64,000 nucleotides of DNA, from positions 98,456,001 through 98,520,000 of the forward strand of contig OX597815.1 of assembly GCA_951406725.2 (NCBI GenBank), read 5' to 3'. The notes beneath the pieces were generated by a model. The model was not told where the DNA came from. It worked only from the letters and a program-made list of their open reading frames with translations, and made no database searches. This document shows, in pieces, positions 27,750 to 41,519 of this stretch. Within the stretch, counting starts at the first letter, position 1. Every line of letters begins with the position of its first letter. The DNA comes from Octopus vulgaris. Lineage: Eukaryota. Made by a program: the position numbers and the translations under genes.

Positions 27750-28399
27750 TCCTAAGCTAGCATAATTTTTCAGCTGCTATATAATGCAATCAACAGTTAA
27801 GCTATGAACTCAGTTGATAGCTTGATTTGGATAGTTGTGTTTTAGAGAGATCGTTTTTAAATGCATAAAGCAGCATAATTTAAATTTTAGAAATATTTAG
27901 CTGTGATAATGAAATATAGAACAATAAAAATTGATTCCTTTTATGCTTTCAAAGAGTGGAAATGTGGTCGTCTTTACCGGATAATTTCACAAATTGTAGA
28001 TCCTGTGACAAATCGTACATTGTTTCGCCCACCAATAAATAGTAAAGGGCGCCGAGTCGAACAATGCAGGTAGTAAGGAGGTATAAAAAGAATTAAGGAA
28101 TAGAATGAATGTGTTTTCATTTGTTTATAATTTGTTATCGCAGTAAGTGTCCCAGTTGATATTTACCGAGGAAAACGGGCGACGCTAGCAAATCATTTCG
28201 TCAATAGCGGTCAGTTACGCTTTTGCAATTAAATATCGATGAAGAAGCACCATATCAAATACGTAGTGAGGTCGTGTTTAAACTTTTACAAATCAACACC
28301 CGCAGGAAGATGTCAGCTTTGTGGGATTCGAGGGGGACGATGTTCCTGGGATGAAACATTAAGAACAGACATATGTGCGGGGGAAAAATCACTGGCGTT

Positions 28400-28637
28400 C
28401 TGTGGCTCAGCACTCTAAGGACTCGCGTACCCTTAACGTAGTACTCAGGAAGATTCAGTGTGACACAGAATGCGACAGGGCTGGTCCTTTAAATAAGAAA
28501 TGCAACACATTTTTTTGCCAGTTGAGTGGGCTACAGCAACGTGAAATAAAGTGTCTTGCTCAAGGTCACAAGGCACCGTCAGGAATCAAATTCACAATCT
28601 TATGTCATGAACCAAATATCCTGACCATTAAGCCACA
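28400..28637 (-). mobile_element. tRNA-derived SINE family C, 5' part
   Basis: Minus strand has gtggcttaatggtcagg (A-box-like), gaatttgattcc (B-box-like) and gtgaccttgagcaagacacttt (CORE-like). The body matches 49699-50128. Confidence 0.75.
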
Positions 28638-28649
28638 GAGTGAAAGCAT

Positions 28650-28900
28650 CATTAGTAGAGGCTCATGGAACGAGTGTATTTGAGTTGCGGAGGTGAAAGA
28701 CAAACCAGCTGCAAGCGCGTCTGTGAGAAAAAGGCTGGAATACCTCCAATAGTGATGAAATGCCAATCAACCGAGTAACTCTTCTCTGGATGTGATCCAA
28801 GATAGCCATGAGCATCAGAACAACAATATTCCACATGCGAGAACAGTACACAATTGAGGGTCTCATTTGAATCTTGCTGAGTGTCAATACCTGTTGTGAA
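28650..28900 (-). mobile_element. CR1/Jockey-group LINE post-RT fragment
   Basis: IQMRPSIVYCSRMW..LDHIQRRVTRLIG..FQPFSHRR matches the family pattern IRP.LEYCS.IW..LD.IQRRA.RLI..LQPL.HRR. Confidence 0.65.
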
Positions 28901-29410
28901 ATGAAATGTAGTCTGACTGTAAAGAGAAGAGCTACACTTTAGGATGCAATTATAGCTATGCTAATTGATAACTTTCACTAATCGATGATTGTGGGGCACG
29001 ACATTTCTGTTGAGGAATGTAGTGCCGTGCAGTCATTATTTATAGGGCATATGGGAAGGTCATGCTTTCTTCACTTGCGTAGATATTGAGTCTTTTACGA
29101 TAAATACGGATGGTTGGATTGCCATCAAAGGAGTTTGCATTCATGACCTCCATTACTAAAATTAACGTAGGTTCGGTGCGTACGTTGCACATGTTGCGTG
29201 TGGATGAAGTATGATTGAGAGACATTGGCGTGTAGAATCATGTTATCTGATGTCTGTGTACACGTCGGCGTTGTTAGACGAGGCAGCAAGTACGTCATTG
29301 TTGAGAACACACACAAACATATACACATATGTACATATATATATGCCTGCGTGTATCTCTCACTCTCACACACTCTCTCTCTCTCTATATATATAAATAC
29401 ATATATATAT

Positions 29411-29506
<96 letters not shown>

Positions 29507-29611
29507 GTATATATATATGGTGGCTACCCCCTCGTTATTGAGTATGGTCATTGCACGAAGCTTAATCAATGTTGTTATCGTGCAATGCCTGTGCAAGAAT
29601 ATTTTTTTTAA

Positions 29612-30075
29612 AGTGAGGAAAGGCTGTGCCCTGAGTCAATCCCACTCACTAAGCAACAGCAGCCATAATCCGAAAAGAAGAACAAGCCAACATCATCGGT
29701 AACCACTGAGCCGCAGGTTTTATGTCGGGGTTATCCCAGTTACCTGAGTTACCTTCTCCTAGAAGGATGCCCTAACAAAGGCTAGGAGTCCTTCACTCCC
29801 AATGGTTTAACCGCGCGATCGGGTATTCAGTCCGATTATTTCTATGTCCCCGCGCATGATACAGCCTTAAGACATTTATTGAATGGCCGTTGATTCTCAA
29901 GAGTTCCTCTGCCCTTTGACGGGTTTTGTTTTTCATCGCGCAAGGTGTCCAATAAACACCCTCCTCACCAAGCAAGCTTGGTGGGTTTGCCAGTTTAGTC
30001 GCCGACGACCCGACCATGCAGCAGGTTGTTCTGGGCTACATGTTACCAGTAGCACTCGAAAGTGACCTGACAAAC
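29612..30075 (-). mobile_element. probable RTE-clade LINE 5' UTR fragment
   Basis: GC-richer unique block between (TA)n tracts. The minus strand has AGCCTTTGTTAGGGCATCCTTCTAGGAGAAGG, resembling a motif I recall from RTE 5' UTRs. Confidence 0.45.
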
Positions 30076-30481
30076 ATATATATATATATATATATTAAAT
30101 TGGTCTCCTTAGTCAATCTGAAAACTTTGTCAATACTCGGTTCGTTTTAGCTTGTAATACATCAATTCTAACAAATGTGTTCTTTGCTTGCTTTGGAGAG
30201 AATAAGTCACAAAGCATCGTCACTTGTTTTTGAGTTACAGCGAAAAATTTATTATTTCTGAAATTTTTTTTGTACAAATCACATCTGTATTTCGGATTTC
30301 ATTATAAAAAGGAAATTTACATCTTATAGTCAGCTTACACACACACATACGCGCACACTTACGAACACACAGTTACACACGCATACATATCTTCAAACAT
30401 TTTACCAGTGTACATATATATATCGGTGTGTGTATACTTATAAATAGATATTTTTATCTATTTACATATGTATGTATATAG

Positions 30482-30587
<106 letters not shown>

Positions 30588-30664
30588 CTGCATACATATG
30601 TAAATAGATATATATAGTTATATATATATATGTGTGTGTATGTATATATAATATATATATTATA

Positions 30665-30717
<53 letters not shown>

Positions 30718-30901
30718 GAATATATAAATATACAAGTATATATGTATCTATTTAAGTATTTATATATATATATGTACACATATATACACACACACAACTA
30801 CACACATACATAACATGTGTAGTATATCTAATCTGAATCTGTATCGAAAAGATAGAAAAAAACAGAAACTAAACGAAATTGAAAATGAAATAAATAGAAA
30901 G

Positions 30902-30964
<63 letters not shown>

Positions 30965-31394
30965 TCTTTACAGAAAGAAATTTATTAAATGAAAAAGGAG
31001 CAACAACACCACGAAAACGAAACCAAATGTTTTGTACCAAAATAGTGTCAATATATGAAGACAAGATAACAATAACATTGGGCTAAAAATACTTATACTG
31101 ATAATATTATAAATCAGAGATGGTTTTGTAACGTCAAACTTGTTCCGATGCGTGGTTTGTTCACTGCGAGGCAACTACCATTGCTACTGAGATTGTATAT
31201 TTGCGTTTGCACATGTGAGAAGTATCTGTGCGCTAATGCAGGTATACACGTGTGTGTGTACGTGTTTAAGTGTGCGTATATGTGTGTGTGCGTCTGTGAA
31301 TGTGTGAATGTGTGTGTGTGTGTGTGTGTTTGCGTGCGGGTAGGTGTGAGTCATTGTCTAAATGTGTAAAGGAGTACATGTGTAAATATGTATG

Positions 31395-31457
<63 letters not shown>

Positions 31458-31513
31458 AAATAAATATATATATGTGTGTGTTTGTGTATGTATGTATGTA
31501 TACTATATACCTT

Positions 31514-31546
<33 letters not shown>

Positions 31547-31810
31547 ATATGTGTGTACGTGTATGTGTGTGTATATGTCTATATATATATATGTCTATAT
31601 ATATGACCAAGTATATAGACATATGTAAATGCATATACACCTACATACATGCATATATACATAAACACACGCGCGCACACACGCATACACACACACATAT
31701 GTACATATATATATACACATGCGGATTTTCATATGTATTTGTGAAAACCTATATATATATATATTCATGCATACAAATATATGTGTATATATATATATAT
31801 AAATAAATGA

Positions 31811-31853
<43 letters not shown>

Positions 31854-32016
31854 TGCCTATGTCTTTATATATGTATATACGCAGATGCGCTTGTCGATGT
31901 CTGGGTATTTGTTTAGAAAGAGATGCGTCTAGGAATGTATGCACATAAGTATCCGAGTACATATTTACGTATGCATATACCCATATATACGTGTGTTCAC
32001 TTTTACACACACACAT

Positions 32017-32054
<38 letters not shown>

Positions 32055-32668
32055 GTATATGGGCATATATATATATATACATAATCATATATATATATGT
32101 GTATGTGTGTGTGTGAGTGTGTGTACATGTATGGATATAGATATTAGATTATATGCATATACATGTATGCATGTGCTTGTGTTTATGGGAAATACTCTGT
32201 TCTTTTTCTATTCTTCCGATGTCGTGAGTGTAAGCTTCTGGTCTCCACTGTACAAGCATTTCCTGCCGACTTGCAAGTCACCCGAAGCGGAAAGAATATC
32301 CCATTGTTTAACGTGACTATTTGGAACAGTCATAAATAGCTTTTTCTGTTCTCTTTTCCTCGTCATCTTCTACTTGTTGTTGTTGTTGTTGTTGTTGTTG
32401 ATGTTGATCTTGGAGTTGTCGTTGTTGTTTAGTGCGCTGTTTACTTTTATGCGATGAACTTGTTATGTATATTTTTTTTTCTCCTAACACTGCCGTTTAT
32501 GATGTTTAAATTCGGATTTATCTTGTCTCAATGGTGCTGTTGTTTCAGTTTTTGGTGTTATACGCCATCGTCATTCTAATTTTGTTATGTGTATGTTTGT
32601 ACTTACGTACGCAAGAATGTATATATAGGCATATATATATATATATATATACACATACACACACACAC

Positions 32669-32733
<65 letters not shown>

Positions 32734-32753
32734 TGTACGTATATATGTACTCA

Positions 32754-32824
<71 letters not shown>

Positions 32825-33214
32825 ATAAACACGGGCAACGATAGAAACTTACATTTAGACGCAAAAGAGTAGTTGCGCACATCACTACAGGCACCCACAA
32901 TCATGCATTAATACCTTTATAAATATGTGTGTGTATTGTGTGTGCATGTGTGTGTGTGCGTGTGTGTGTGTGTATGTCTGTGCCTGCGTGTGCGTGCGTG
33001 TGTGTATAAAATCAGAATTGGTAAGTGTTTATAAATATAGATCACAGAAATTTAAGTGGAACGTCTTGTGAAGGTTGTTTACATCATATTGTGAAAGGAA
33101 AATGTTAGAGGGAGTTGTATAGATAGAGATAACACTGGAGGTAGATGAAGGGAACTAAGACGACTGAAAGAACGTGAAAGAGAGATAAACAAAGAAAGAA
33201 AGAAAGAAAGAGAT

Positions 33215-33251
<37 letters not shown>

Positions 33252-33779
33252 TAAGAGATGAGTACTGTTTGTATATAGTTATACGCAATTCAAATATTAC
33301 CAAACTAATGTAGGTTTTCTGATACGTAGCTGAATAAAAGATCTTTGCATTTTACATATGTTACATCATATACCAAATTATTTACATCTAAATGAGAACG
33401 AGTATTTAATTGTTAAACATTTGACTAATAGGACGTAGCGATCTATGTTGAGCACACGCACACAAACACACTAAAATATGCAGAGAATAAGTTTCAATGA
33501 AGACAAACAATACGAAATAAATTTAATACAAATTAGAAACTGACACCATTTTTCAATTTGCATCAGACTATATACGATTTCGTTCAGTTTTGAAATATAT
33601 TTTTTGTTTGTGAAAATTAATAGCTGTTCGTCTCATGCGATTCAATTACCCGTCAGTTATTTTCCCTTTAGTTGTCAGCAAACGATAACTTGTTACTGTT
33701 ATTTGGGAATTTTCAGCAGCAAACCTTATTGTTGTTTTGTATAAACTATTTTTTATCAAATATGGAAAACAGAAAATTA

Positions 33780-34385
33780 ACTGCACAGCTAATGCTTCTA
33801 CCACAAAAAGGGGAGTACACACTGATTCCTTAGAACATAAATTGTATAATATAGCACTGCACATGGAACGATAGTTATTTGCAGATTAACAATATGATGC
33901 GGATAAATCGACTGTTCGAAAAAAACTCGCAGCTGAAAGACAATATGCTGCAAACACCGCCAATTTTGTTTTACAACCAACTTAAAGAGAAAGAAGGATG
34001 GCCATGATAAATACGTAAGGACAACCTGCCGTATGGATTAAGATGTATCCCACTTTCCAAACCTACGTTTCAAACGAAAAGAACGTGAATATATTTATAA
34101 ATGCGAAAAACAGAAGTAATCAAATCAGCACTGAAAATACATTTAATGCAAGCGGTGGTTGGTTTGAACGATTTCAGAATAAAATTTTGTGTGCATAATG
34201 TCAAAATCGTCGGAGTCAGTGGTGACTGCGTGTCCCGCCTTTGTTAAAGAAAGTTATTGAAAAAGAGCAACAAAATAAATACTTAACCGAGATAGAATAC
34301 TTTCCAAAAATTATGTCGAAAATTTCAAGCAATCTCAACCTAGATTAAAATTTTACAAGGAGCCTTTGACGCTTACTTTTTTAAA
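33780..34385 (+). mobile_element. pogo/Tigger transposase fossil (psq + CENP-B HTH region)
   Basis: QYDADKSTVRKKL and TFNASGGWFERFQ..VHNVKIVG (compare FKASxGWFxRFK..LHNVK); heavily disrupted. Confidence 0.6.
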
Positions 34386-34405
34386 ACATTAGACGGAATT
34401 TTCCA

Positions 34406-35202
34406 ACATTATTTACATTTAACGTATATTTGTCCTCATCTTATTTGTTGTTAACACGTTTCGGCTGATACACCCTCCAGCCTTCATCAGATGTCTTGGG
34501 GAAAGTTTGAACCTGGGTTTTCATTCCTAAGGTACTTTTCGATGTTATTATTGTTATTATTATTCAGGTCACTGCCTGGAATCGAACTCGGAATTAGTAG
34601 CCCACGCTCTTAATCAGTATGCCCTATGCTCGTGGGCAATTATGGGGCGAATTGTAGGGCTTATAAATCCAATATTTTCATATCCTTCCTTAATAATGGT
34701 TCACATACGCTATTTATATCTGCACTCAGTTTGCTTAGGAGGTTGTTGTGTCCTAGCATATGTGCTGCTTCTTTCAGATTTCGTATTTTCCAGTGGTGTT
34801 CTCTGTCTATTATTTTAACTTCATCCCACAGGCGGGGGGGGGGTGATCTCCATGTTTCCATACATAATCAGGTGCACCTGACTTATCAATATCTCCTCAT
34901 GTCACAGTTTTGCGATGTGCGTCTGCCCTTATTTTGTGGGGGCGGAATGCTTCACCTTTGTATAACCTAACAAGGCTGCATGAAATGGAGTACACGCAGT
35001 CTTTGATCATATTCTCTTCTATTGGTGGTTTGACTCGAAGGAGATATTTGCGAAGTGTTGTATTACTCCTAAGCAGACCGAGTGCAGATATGAGAGCATA
35101 TACGGCGTAGTGGTTAAGAGAGCGAACTAATAACCAAAAGATTCCAAGTTCGATTCCAGACAGTGATATGAATAATAATAACATCGGAAAATATCTTCGG
35201 CA
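34406..35202 (-). mobile_element. Penelope-like element 3' end: GIY-YIG remnant, tRNA-like cassette, hammerhead motif, inverted partial terminal repeat
   Basis: LRKYLLRVKPP..KDCVYSISCSLVRLYKGE.FRPHKIRADAHRK and WDEVKIIDREHHWKIRNLKEAAHM. 34526-34631 and 35094-35202 are inverted copies of each other. Confidence 0.85.
34453..34495 (-). ncRNA. minimal type I hammerhead ribozyme motif (degenerate at the cleavage site)
   Basis: GACAU CUGAUGA A GGCUG-gaggguguau-CAGCC GAAAC GUGUU: intact core boxes and a 5-bp stem II. Confidence 0.65.
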
Positions 35203-36074
35203 TACATTTTTGTACCCTTTTCATAGGCATGAACTTGCTCGATCTCTCTATATTTTGTGAACTTTATAACCTCTCCACTACCATGTCATAAAGAAATGCG
35301 AGGAAGTAAACCACGATTATTGTATTTCGTGTATTTACTCTTTCACATTTCTATATTGTGATATTGCTCTATATTTTGAGATTCCTTTGTATACGTTATA
35401 GGTAGAATTGAGATACTTATGCTTTCATATGCATCTTCCTATGTATATTCGAATTTTTATTTTTCATTTTGTATTTTGTAAAGTTTATACTTTTTTATAT
35501 CCCCAGAGATTTTATATCTACATAATGGTATATCTTTCTTCATTATATTTGATTGTGTTTATAGATTTTATACACTGCTATAATTTCAATTATACACTAA
35601 GTTAAATTAAGTTACCTTATGTTCCTGTATCTTCTATAGTTGTCATCTTTATTTTTTTCATTTTCTATATGTCCACAAGAGCTGTGTCAAATCCTCCTAC
35701 ACTTGGAAAAAAACTGCAGTTTCCTGAGAGTTTGGTAACAATGTTCTTTGCAACCCTTGAAGAGTTTCTCTTAGCCCATTAAGCATTACAATGTGCTATG
35801 ATGAAAGGCATTTCTACTAACAATTTTCTAGTAGTTATGTTTGAATGAATTAAGAAGGAGCAGTATTTTCAACTCGTATAGTATAGCACCAAAACTTGGT
35901 CACTTGGTATTACAAGATAGTCCGATTGTGTAAATAAAAGTTCATAGAACAATAATTTGATTAAAAGCAATATTATACAGAAAATAGGGCATTTTGAGAT
36001 TCTGTCTTCAGCTTTTAGCTGACCGGATGAAGAAATGCTCTTAGTCATGCTAAAACCAGCATCATGCAAACCAT

Positions 36075-36690
36075 ATACCCATCATCGATATATGTCAAGG
36101 GTAGAAGTTAAAAGTCGTGGATACATTTCTTAACCTTGGTAAAACACAATCTAGATTTAATATACTTGTCGTGGAGGTCAGTTATAGATATATTCTAAGG
36201 CCTGTGATACATCGAGACAATCAGACATCAAAAGAGGAAAGAAAGTTAAGCTCTATCAAGTATATGATTGAGCAACGCTGCTCTATTGATGCGAGACACG
36301 GACAACATACAACAGTCATAGACAATGTCTAGAGCGACTCCATTTCCAATGCTTGTTTAATATCCTGATGATCTTATGGCGAACTAAAGTGCCTGATACG
36401 AGAATACTGCAGCTAGCGAATTCACAAGTATCGAGTCTATGATAACACCATCTTACATGGTCTGGTCATTTTGTCCACTTAGAGGACATCCATATGTGAA
36501 CACAAGTGTTGTATGGTGAGCTTGAATAAAGAAATCGTTCCCAGTGCAAACTACGTACGCGTTTCTGAAACAGTCTTAAAGATACACTTAAAAAGAGCAA
36601 TATCAATAGTAACACATGAGATCTAGCATCATATAGAGATCTGTGGAGGAACTCTTATTGTTATTGGTGTTAAATCATTCGAAAGCAATG
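36075..36690 (+). mobile_element. RTE-clade LINE RT C-terminal fossil
   Basis: LKVVDTFLNLG, KVKLYQ..TLLY*CETRTTY, LERLHFQCLFNILMILWRTKVPDTRIL and LTWSGHFVHLED..QVLYGEL..RF*NSLKDTLK..LASYRDLWR. It ends where the mariner begins. Confidence 0.8.
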
Positions 36691-36700
36691 GTGTTGCATA

Positions 36701-37678
36701 CGAGGGCAGGCTGAAAAATTCATGGGCTGACATAGATACTTTCATCGAGTGTGACGAAATGAGGTTTATTTTTCAACATAGACCAACCTTGGGGTCTGCG
36801 CATGTCTTCCATCAGTGTCGCAGTACTTGAAACCAATCGGTAAAGAAGCTTTCATCCTGTTGATAAAAAAAGTCATCAACAGCAGATATGACGCCATCAT
36901 CGCTGTGATACTTGTTCTCAGTCAAGTGTTTTTCCATGATGCGTAACAAGTGATAATTAGATGGGTCCAACTTAGGAAAATAGGGACGGTGTACAATCAG
37001 TTCAAAGCGAGAGAGAGAGTAACGCACAGCTGCTATTGAATTCAATGACTTGTGTGCTGATGCCATGTCCCGATAAAATAAGACCACTTTTGTCAGTTTC
37101 CTTTCCTTGGTGTATCGTCTTGGTAACATTTCGTAACTGCCTCAGCAAGTTGGTATAGTACTCTCCATTGATGGTGTCACCTTTTTGTGTCAATAAACAC
37201 AATGCTTTTTGTATTCCCAGAAACTGAGGCTGTCAACTGTGGCGGATGAAACGATATTGGCCTTCTTTGGAGGAGAAGTATTTCCACTGCACGAGTTGTC
37301 TCTTCGTTTCTGGCTCAAATGGTTGAACCTAATACTCACCCAGGGTTAAGAGACGTTGAAAGAAACCAGCTTGATCTGTCTCAAAGAATTTCAGATATTC
37401 TCATGATGTGATCAGCCTGTTTTACTATATGTGAGTGTGTGTCGCAAAACGTGACACACATCGTGCAGAAACCTTCACCATGTCAAGTTCATGGTGCAGA
37501 ATATTCTCAACAGGATATACATATAGCATTGGCTGTTTGATTTATAGCCACTCGTCTGTCATCCATAACCATGTGGTGAACTCAATCAATCTATTCTTCG
37601 GTTGTGGCAGCTGCAGTACGTTCAGAACTTGGGTCAGCTTCAGAACTCTTCCTCCCTTTCCATCCTAAATTCATCGCC
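36701..37678 (-). mobile_element. mariner transposon fossil (3' TIR TA|CGAGGGCAGGCTGAAAA; transposase lacking the N-terminus)
   Basis: GDTINGEYYTNLLRQLR, VLFYRDMASAHKS and FELIVHRPYFPKLDPSNYHL (the HPPYSPDLAPSDYHLF motif). Confidence 0.9.
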
Positions 37679-37704
37679 GATATATGTGTGTGTGTAAGTA
37701 TGTA

Positions 37705-37858
37705 TTATATGCGAACCTTGTTTTCAGTTTCCTTCTTTCAAATACACTGAAAAGTCTTTCGCCAACTCGGAGATATAATAGAAAACACTTGTCAGTGGGA
37801 TTGAACCAAGAACCATATAGTTGGGAAACAACTTTCTTACCAGACAGCCACGCCTGCA
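37705..37858 (-). mobile_element. SINE family B 5' half, diverged
   Basis: ttttcagtttcc..cagtgggattgaaccaagaaccat..cttaccagacagccacgcctgc. Confidence 0.7.
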
Positions 37859-38785
37859 CCTTTATTTAGCATTACCTGCCAAAAAAGAACATATTTCTCC
37901 GCCAATTCTGTCAAACTTTATTTTTACTTTCAATATTCAAATAAAAATTTTTCAAGGCGGTGCAACAACACGGATGCGGTCTAATAGCTGAAACAAGTAA
38001 CAGTTAAAAGATAAATACAAAGATATCCTTCCACGTTTCTAAATCTCTAAATTTATGTTGAAGGCTGAATCCCAAAACTTCCATTTTCCCAATTTTGCAT
38101 TGAGCGCCACAATAACACTTTGCTCATTTCTGTCTCTGTGTTGCAATTTTTGTAAAACTATTGGTATGTATGTAAAAAAACACGCGTTCGTGTATATGTG
38201 TGCATTAGTGTGTGACTGTGTTTTACTATATGTGAGTGTGTGTATGTTTGACTGTCTGTGCAGGTATACATACATTTATAAATATATATAGATAAATGTG
38301 CAGGGGTGGGGTATTTGTGTGTAACTTCAAGAAATTAGTAAATAAAACAAACAGGAAATCATTACCATTGAACAACATTAAAATGATTACATACGGAAAT
38401 GCGTTTGTGTTATTCACTCTTCATATTCTCACTCGGAAACACACGCAAAAATACACCACCTACACATCCATCTACATCTATGTATATAGATTTACGTGCA
38501 CTTATATTTGTAGTTGTACTTAGCATGTATACACACGCGCGCGTCGCGCACGCGAAGCAGAATACATGTAACTATTCCTGTGTACATCTATATGTATATG
38601 CGTGTGAATTAGCTTTTGTGCGTAATAGTATGGGGGTATGCTACTAGATATAGTACACTTGTGCACACACACACATAAACATATATACACACACACACAT
38701 ACATATATCTATGTATCTTTCTCTAACTTTCTCTCTTTCTCTTTCTCTGTCTCTCTCTCTGTCTCTCTCTCTGTCTCTCTCTATC

Positions 38786-38817
<32 letters not shown>

Positions 38818-38890
38818 TATACATACATATATACTCTCCTTCTATACTCTCCTTCTGTATACTTATACATGCATGTGAGAGTGTGTGGGC

Positions 38891-38934
<44 letters not shown>

Positions 38935-39007
38935 ATGTGTGTGTGTATGTTTATATGACTGTGTGTATGTGTGTGCATGTATAGATATGTATATGTGCAT
39001 ACGTGTA

Positions 39008-39039
<32 letters not shown>

Positions 39040-39559
39040 CACACATATATATATATATATATATATGCATATATATATGTGTGTGTGTATACATACATAT
39101 ACATATATATGCATACACATGAACAACATCACAATAATACATTCAAAGGAATCCAGCAAGAGAACATATAAACACCTATGATAAGATTATATATTTTATT
39201 TCTCTTCAATAGACACATTAAACTGTCTTTAAAACATCGGATTTCTCAGTAACTAATACCCAATTGAATGGAATCAAATGAGCCGTTAAAATAGTGATTT
39301 TAAAGACACGTATAAATATGATGGCGGAAATTGTGTATCAGCGTTGAATAAAATGGACATTTTTAATAGGCATAGCGTAGTTTTCTTAGCTGAAATTAGC
39401 CTGCTTGCTTGCTTGTATGTTTGTCCGTTTGTTTGGTTGATTGTTTGATTGTTGTATGTTGTTGTTGCTGCTGGAATTTATTTTCAGTTTTATTTCAACA
39501 TATTTTTTCGTTGTCTTTCTTAAAATATTAATTATGATCATAATGCTGATTGTGACGTT

Positions 39560-39977
39560 GAACGTATTATTAGTGTTGATTATGATGGTGATGATGATGA
39601 TGAGGAGGAGGAGGATGAGGATGATGATGATGATTATGATGGTGGTGGTGGTGGTGGTGGTGGTGGTGGTGGTGGTGGTGGTGGTAGTGTTGTGGTGGAG
39701 ATGGTGGCAGTGGTGGTAGTGGTTATGATGATCGATTATGTGATAATAATCGAATGTGATGTGGATAATGGTGCTGATGTTGATTGCGACTGTTATAGTG
39801 ATTCTGGTACTGGTAATAATGGTGATGAAGGTGATGATGATAATAATGATGATGATGATGATGATGATGATGAAGGAGGAGGAGGAGGAGGAGGAGGAGA
39901 AGAAGAAGATGATGAAAAAAGAAGAAGAAGAAGAAGAAGAAGAAGAAGAAGAAGAAGAAGAAGAAGAAGAAGAAGAA

Positions 39978-40032
<55 letters not shown>

Positions 40033-40200
40033 CAGATAAAGATTTGACGGTAGATGAGGGTGTTTTTTTAGGGGAATGACAATGGTCATTACGTCAGTAA
40101 TGAAAATACTGATGCGTGGGGGTATGAGGATGATGATGATGATAACTGAGCTGCTGAATATGTTGGTTGTAATAAGAGGCGTAAGTGGTTAAATATGTTC

Positions 40201-40239
<39 letters not shown>

Positions 40240-40560
40240 GCGGTGGTGTTGGTGGTGTGGTTGTCGTCGTCATCGTCATCGTGGCTGTTATGATGCTGAT
40301 GATGACGATGGTAATGTTGAGTAGGTGACGGCGGATTTGGAAGAAGTGGTGAAGAAACATGATATTGACGAATATGTTAAAGTTAATTTTAGTAATAATT
40401 ATAATTATAATCTTAATCATATCCCTCTCTTGAGATGGGAATAAAATTGCTTGGGGATAACTGCAGTAATCATAGCAACATCAACAAAACATTCCACTAG
40501 AATCACCATCATCAACATCATCAGCATCATCAACATCACTATCATTATCCTCATCTCCTT
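39560..40560. repeat. compound trinucleotide field (GAT/GGT/GGA/GAA)
   Basis: Directly visible. Confidence 0.9.
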
Positions 40561-40853
40561 TAAGAAACGATGAACCTAACGAAGAAGCTTTATCGCTAGT
40601 GGAAATAGCAACTCAACTAAACATGCATCAAAACACTCCTTAGTTATTGATGAAAGGAAGAGTCCATTGTACAGTGTAGTACAATGTACTGTAACGAAAC
40701 ATGATATAACATGATAGACTGGCCAAGAAAAATTTTGAATACAGTTTGGCTTGGCAAGTGCTAACCTGAAGCTAAACGACAAAAGCAACAGTGTCTCTTA
40801 ATATATTGTATATATATTATGAATTTCTGTTAATTCTTAATATATTGGTAATA

Positions 40854-41247
40854 AGGAGTGGCTGTGTGGTAAGTAGCTTGTTTACCAACCACATGGTTCC
40901 GGGTTCAGTCCCACTTCGTGGCACCTTGGGCAAGTGTCTTCTACTATAGCCTCGGGCCGACCAAAGCCTTGTGAGTGGATTTGGTAGACGGAAACTGAAA
41001 GAAGCCCGTCGTATATATGTATATATATGCATGTGCGTGTATGTTTGTGTGCCTGTGTTTGTCCCCCTAGAATTGCTTGACAACCGATGCTGGTGTGTTT
41101 ATGTCCCCGTCACTTAGCGGTCCGGCAAAAGAGACCGATAGAATAAGTACTGGGCTTACAAAGAATAAGTCCCGGAATCGAGTTGCTCGATTAAAGGCGG
41201 TGCACCAGCATGGCCACAGTCAAAATGACTGAAACAAGTAAAAAGAG
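40854..41247 (+). mobile_element. SINE family B, full-length reference copy (tRNA head + CORE-like domain + LINE-like tail)
   Basis: A box tggctgtgtgg, B box ggttcagtcc, CORE-like ggcaccttgggcaagtgtcttctactatagcctc, tail ccagcatggccacagtcaaaatgactgaaacaagtaaaaagag. Confidence 0.92.
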
Positions 41248-41519
41248 AAAGCGAATACTAAATTGTCATTCACTTTTCGTTAGAATGAATGACATAATTC
41301 TAGAGCTTTTTGTAGAGAAATTCTAGGATTTTTGAACGAAAATTAAGATACATCAGGCATAATGAACTTTCTGTAGGGCCATAGTTCTTATTCAGGAACC
41401 TTCAACTTTTTGTAGGGATCAAGACCAGTGGCAGAAAGGGAAGCTCTTATTCTAAGTAGAGAAACAGTGTTGGTATGTTTACAGCGAAGTGGATGGCCTA
41501 CAGAGGATGGTCTACCTTT

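Noticed and set aside
32190-32335. GC-richer island as a possible host exon
   Set aside because: No recognisable protein motif or convincing splice-site pair.
35094-35170. Functional tRNA gene
   Set aside because: It has A/B-box-like motifs but no convincing acceptor or anticodon stems, and it is an inverted copy of the PLE terminal segment. SINE heads were rejected as tRNAs for the same reason.
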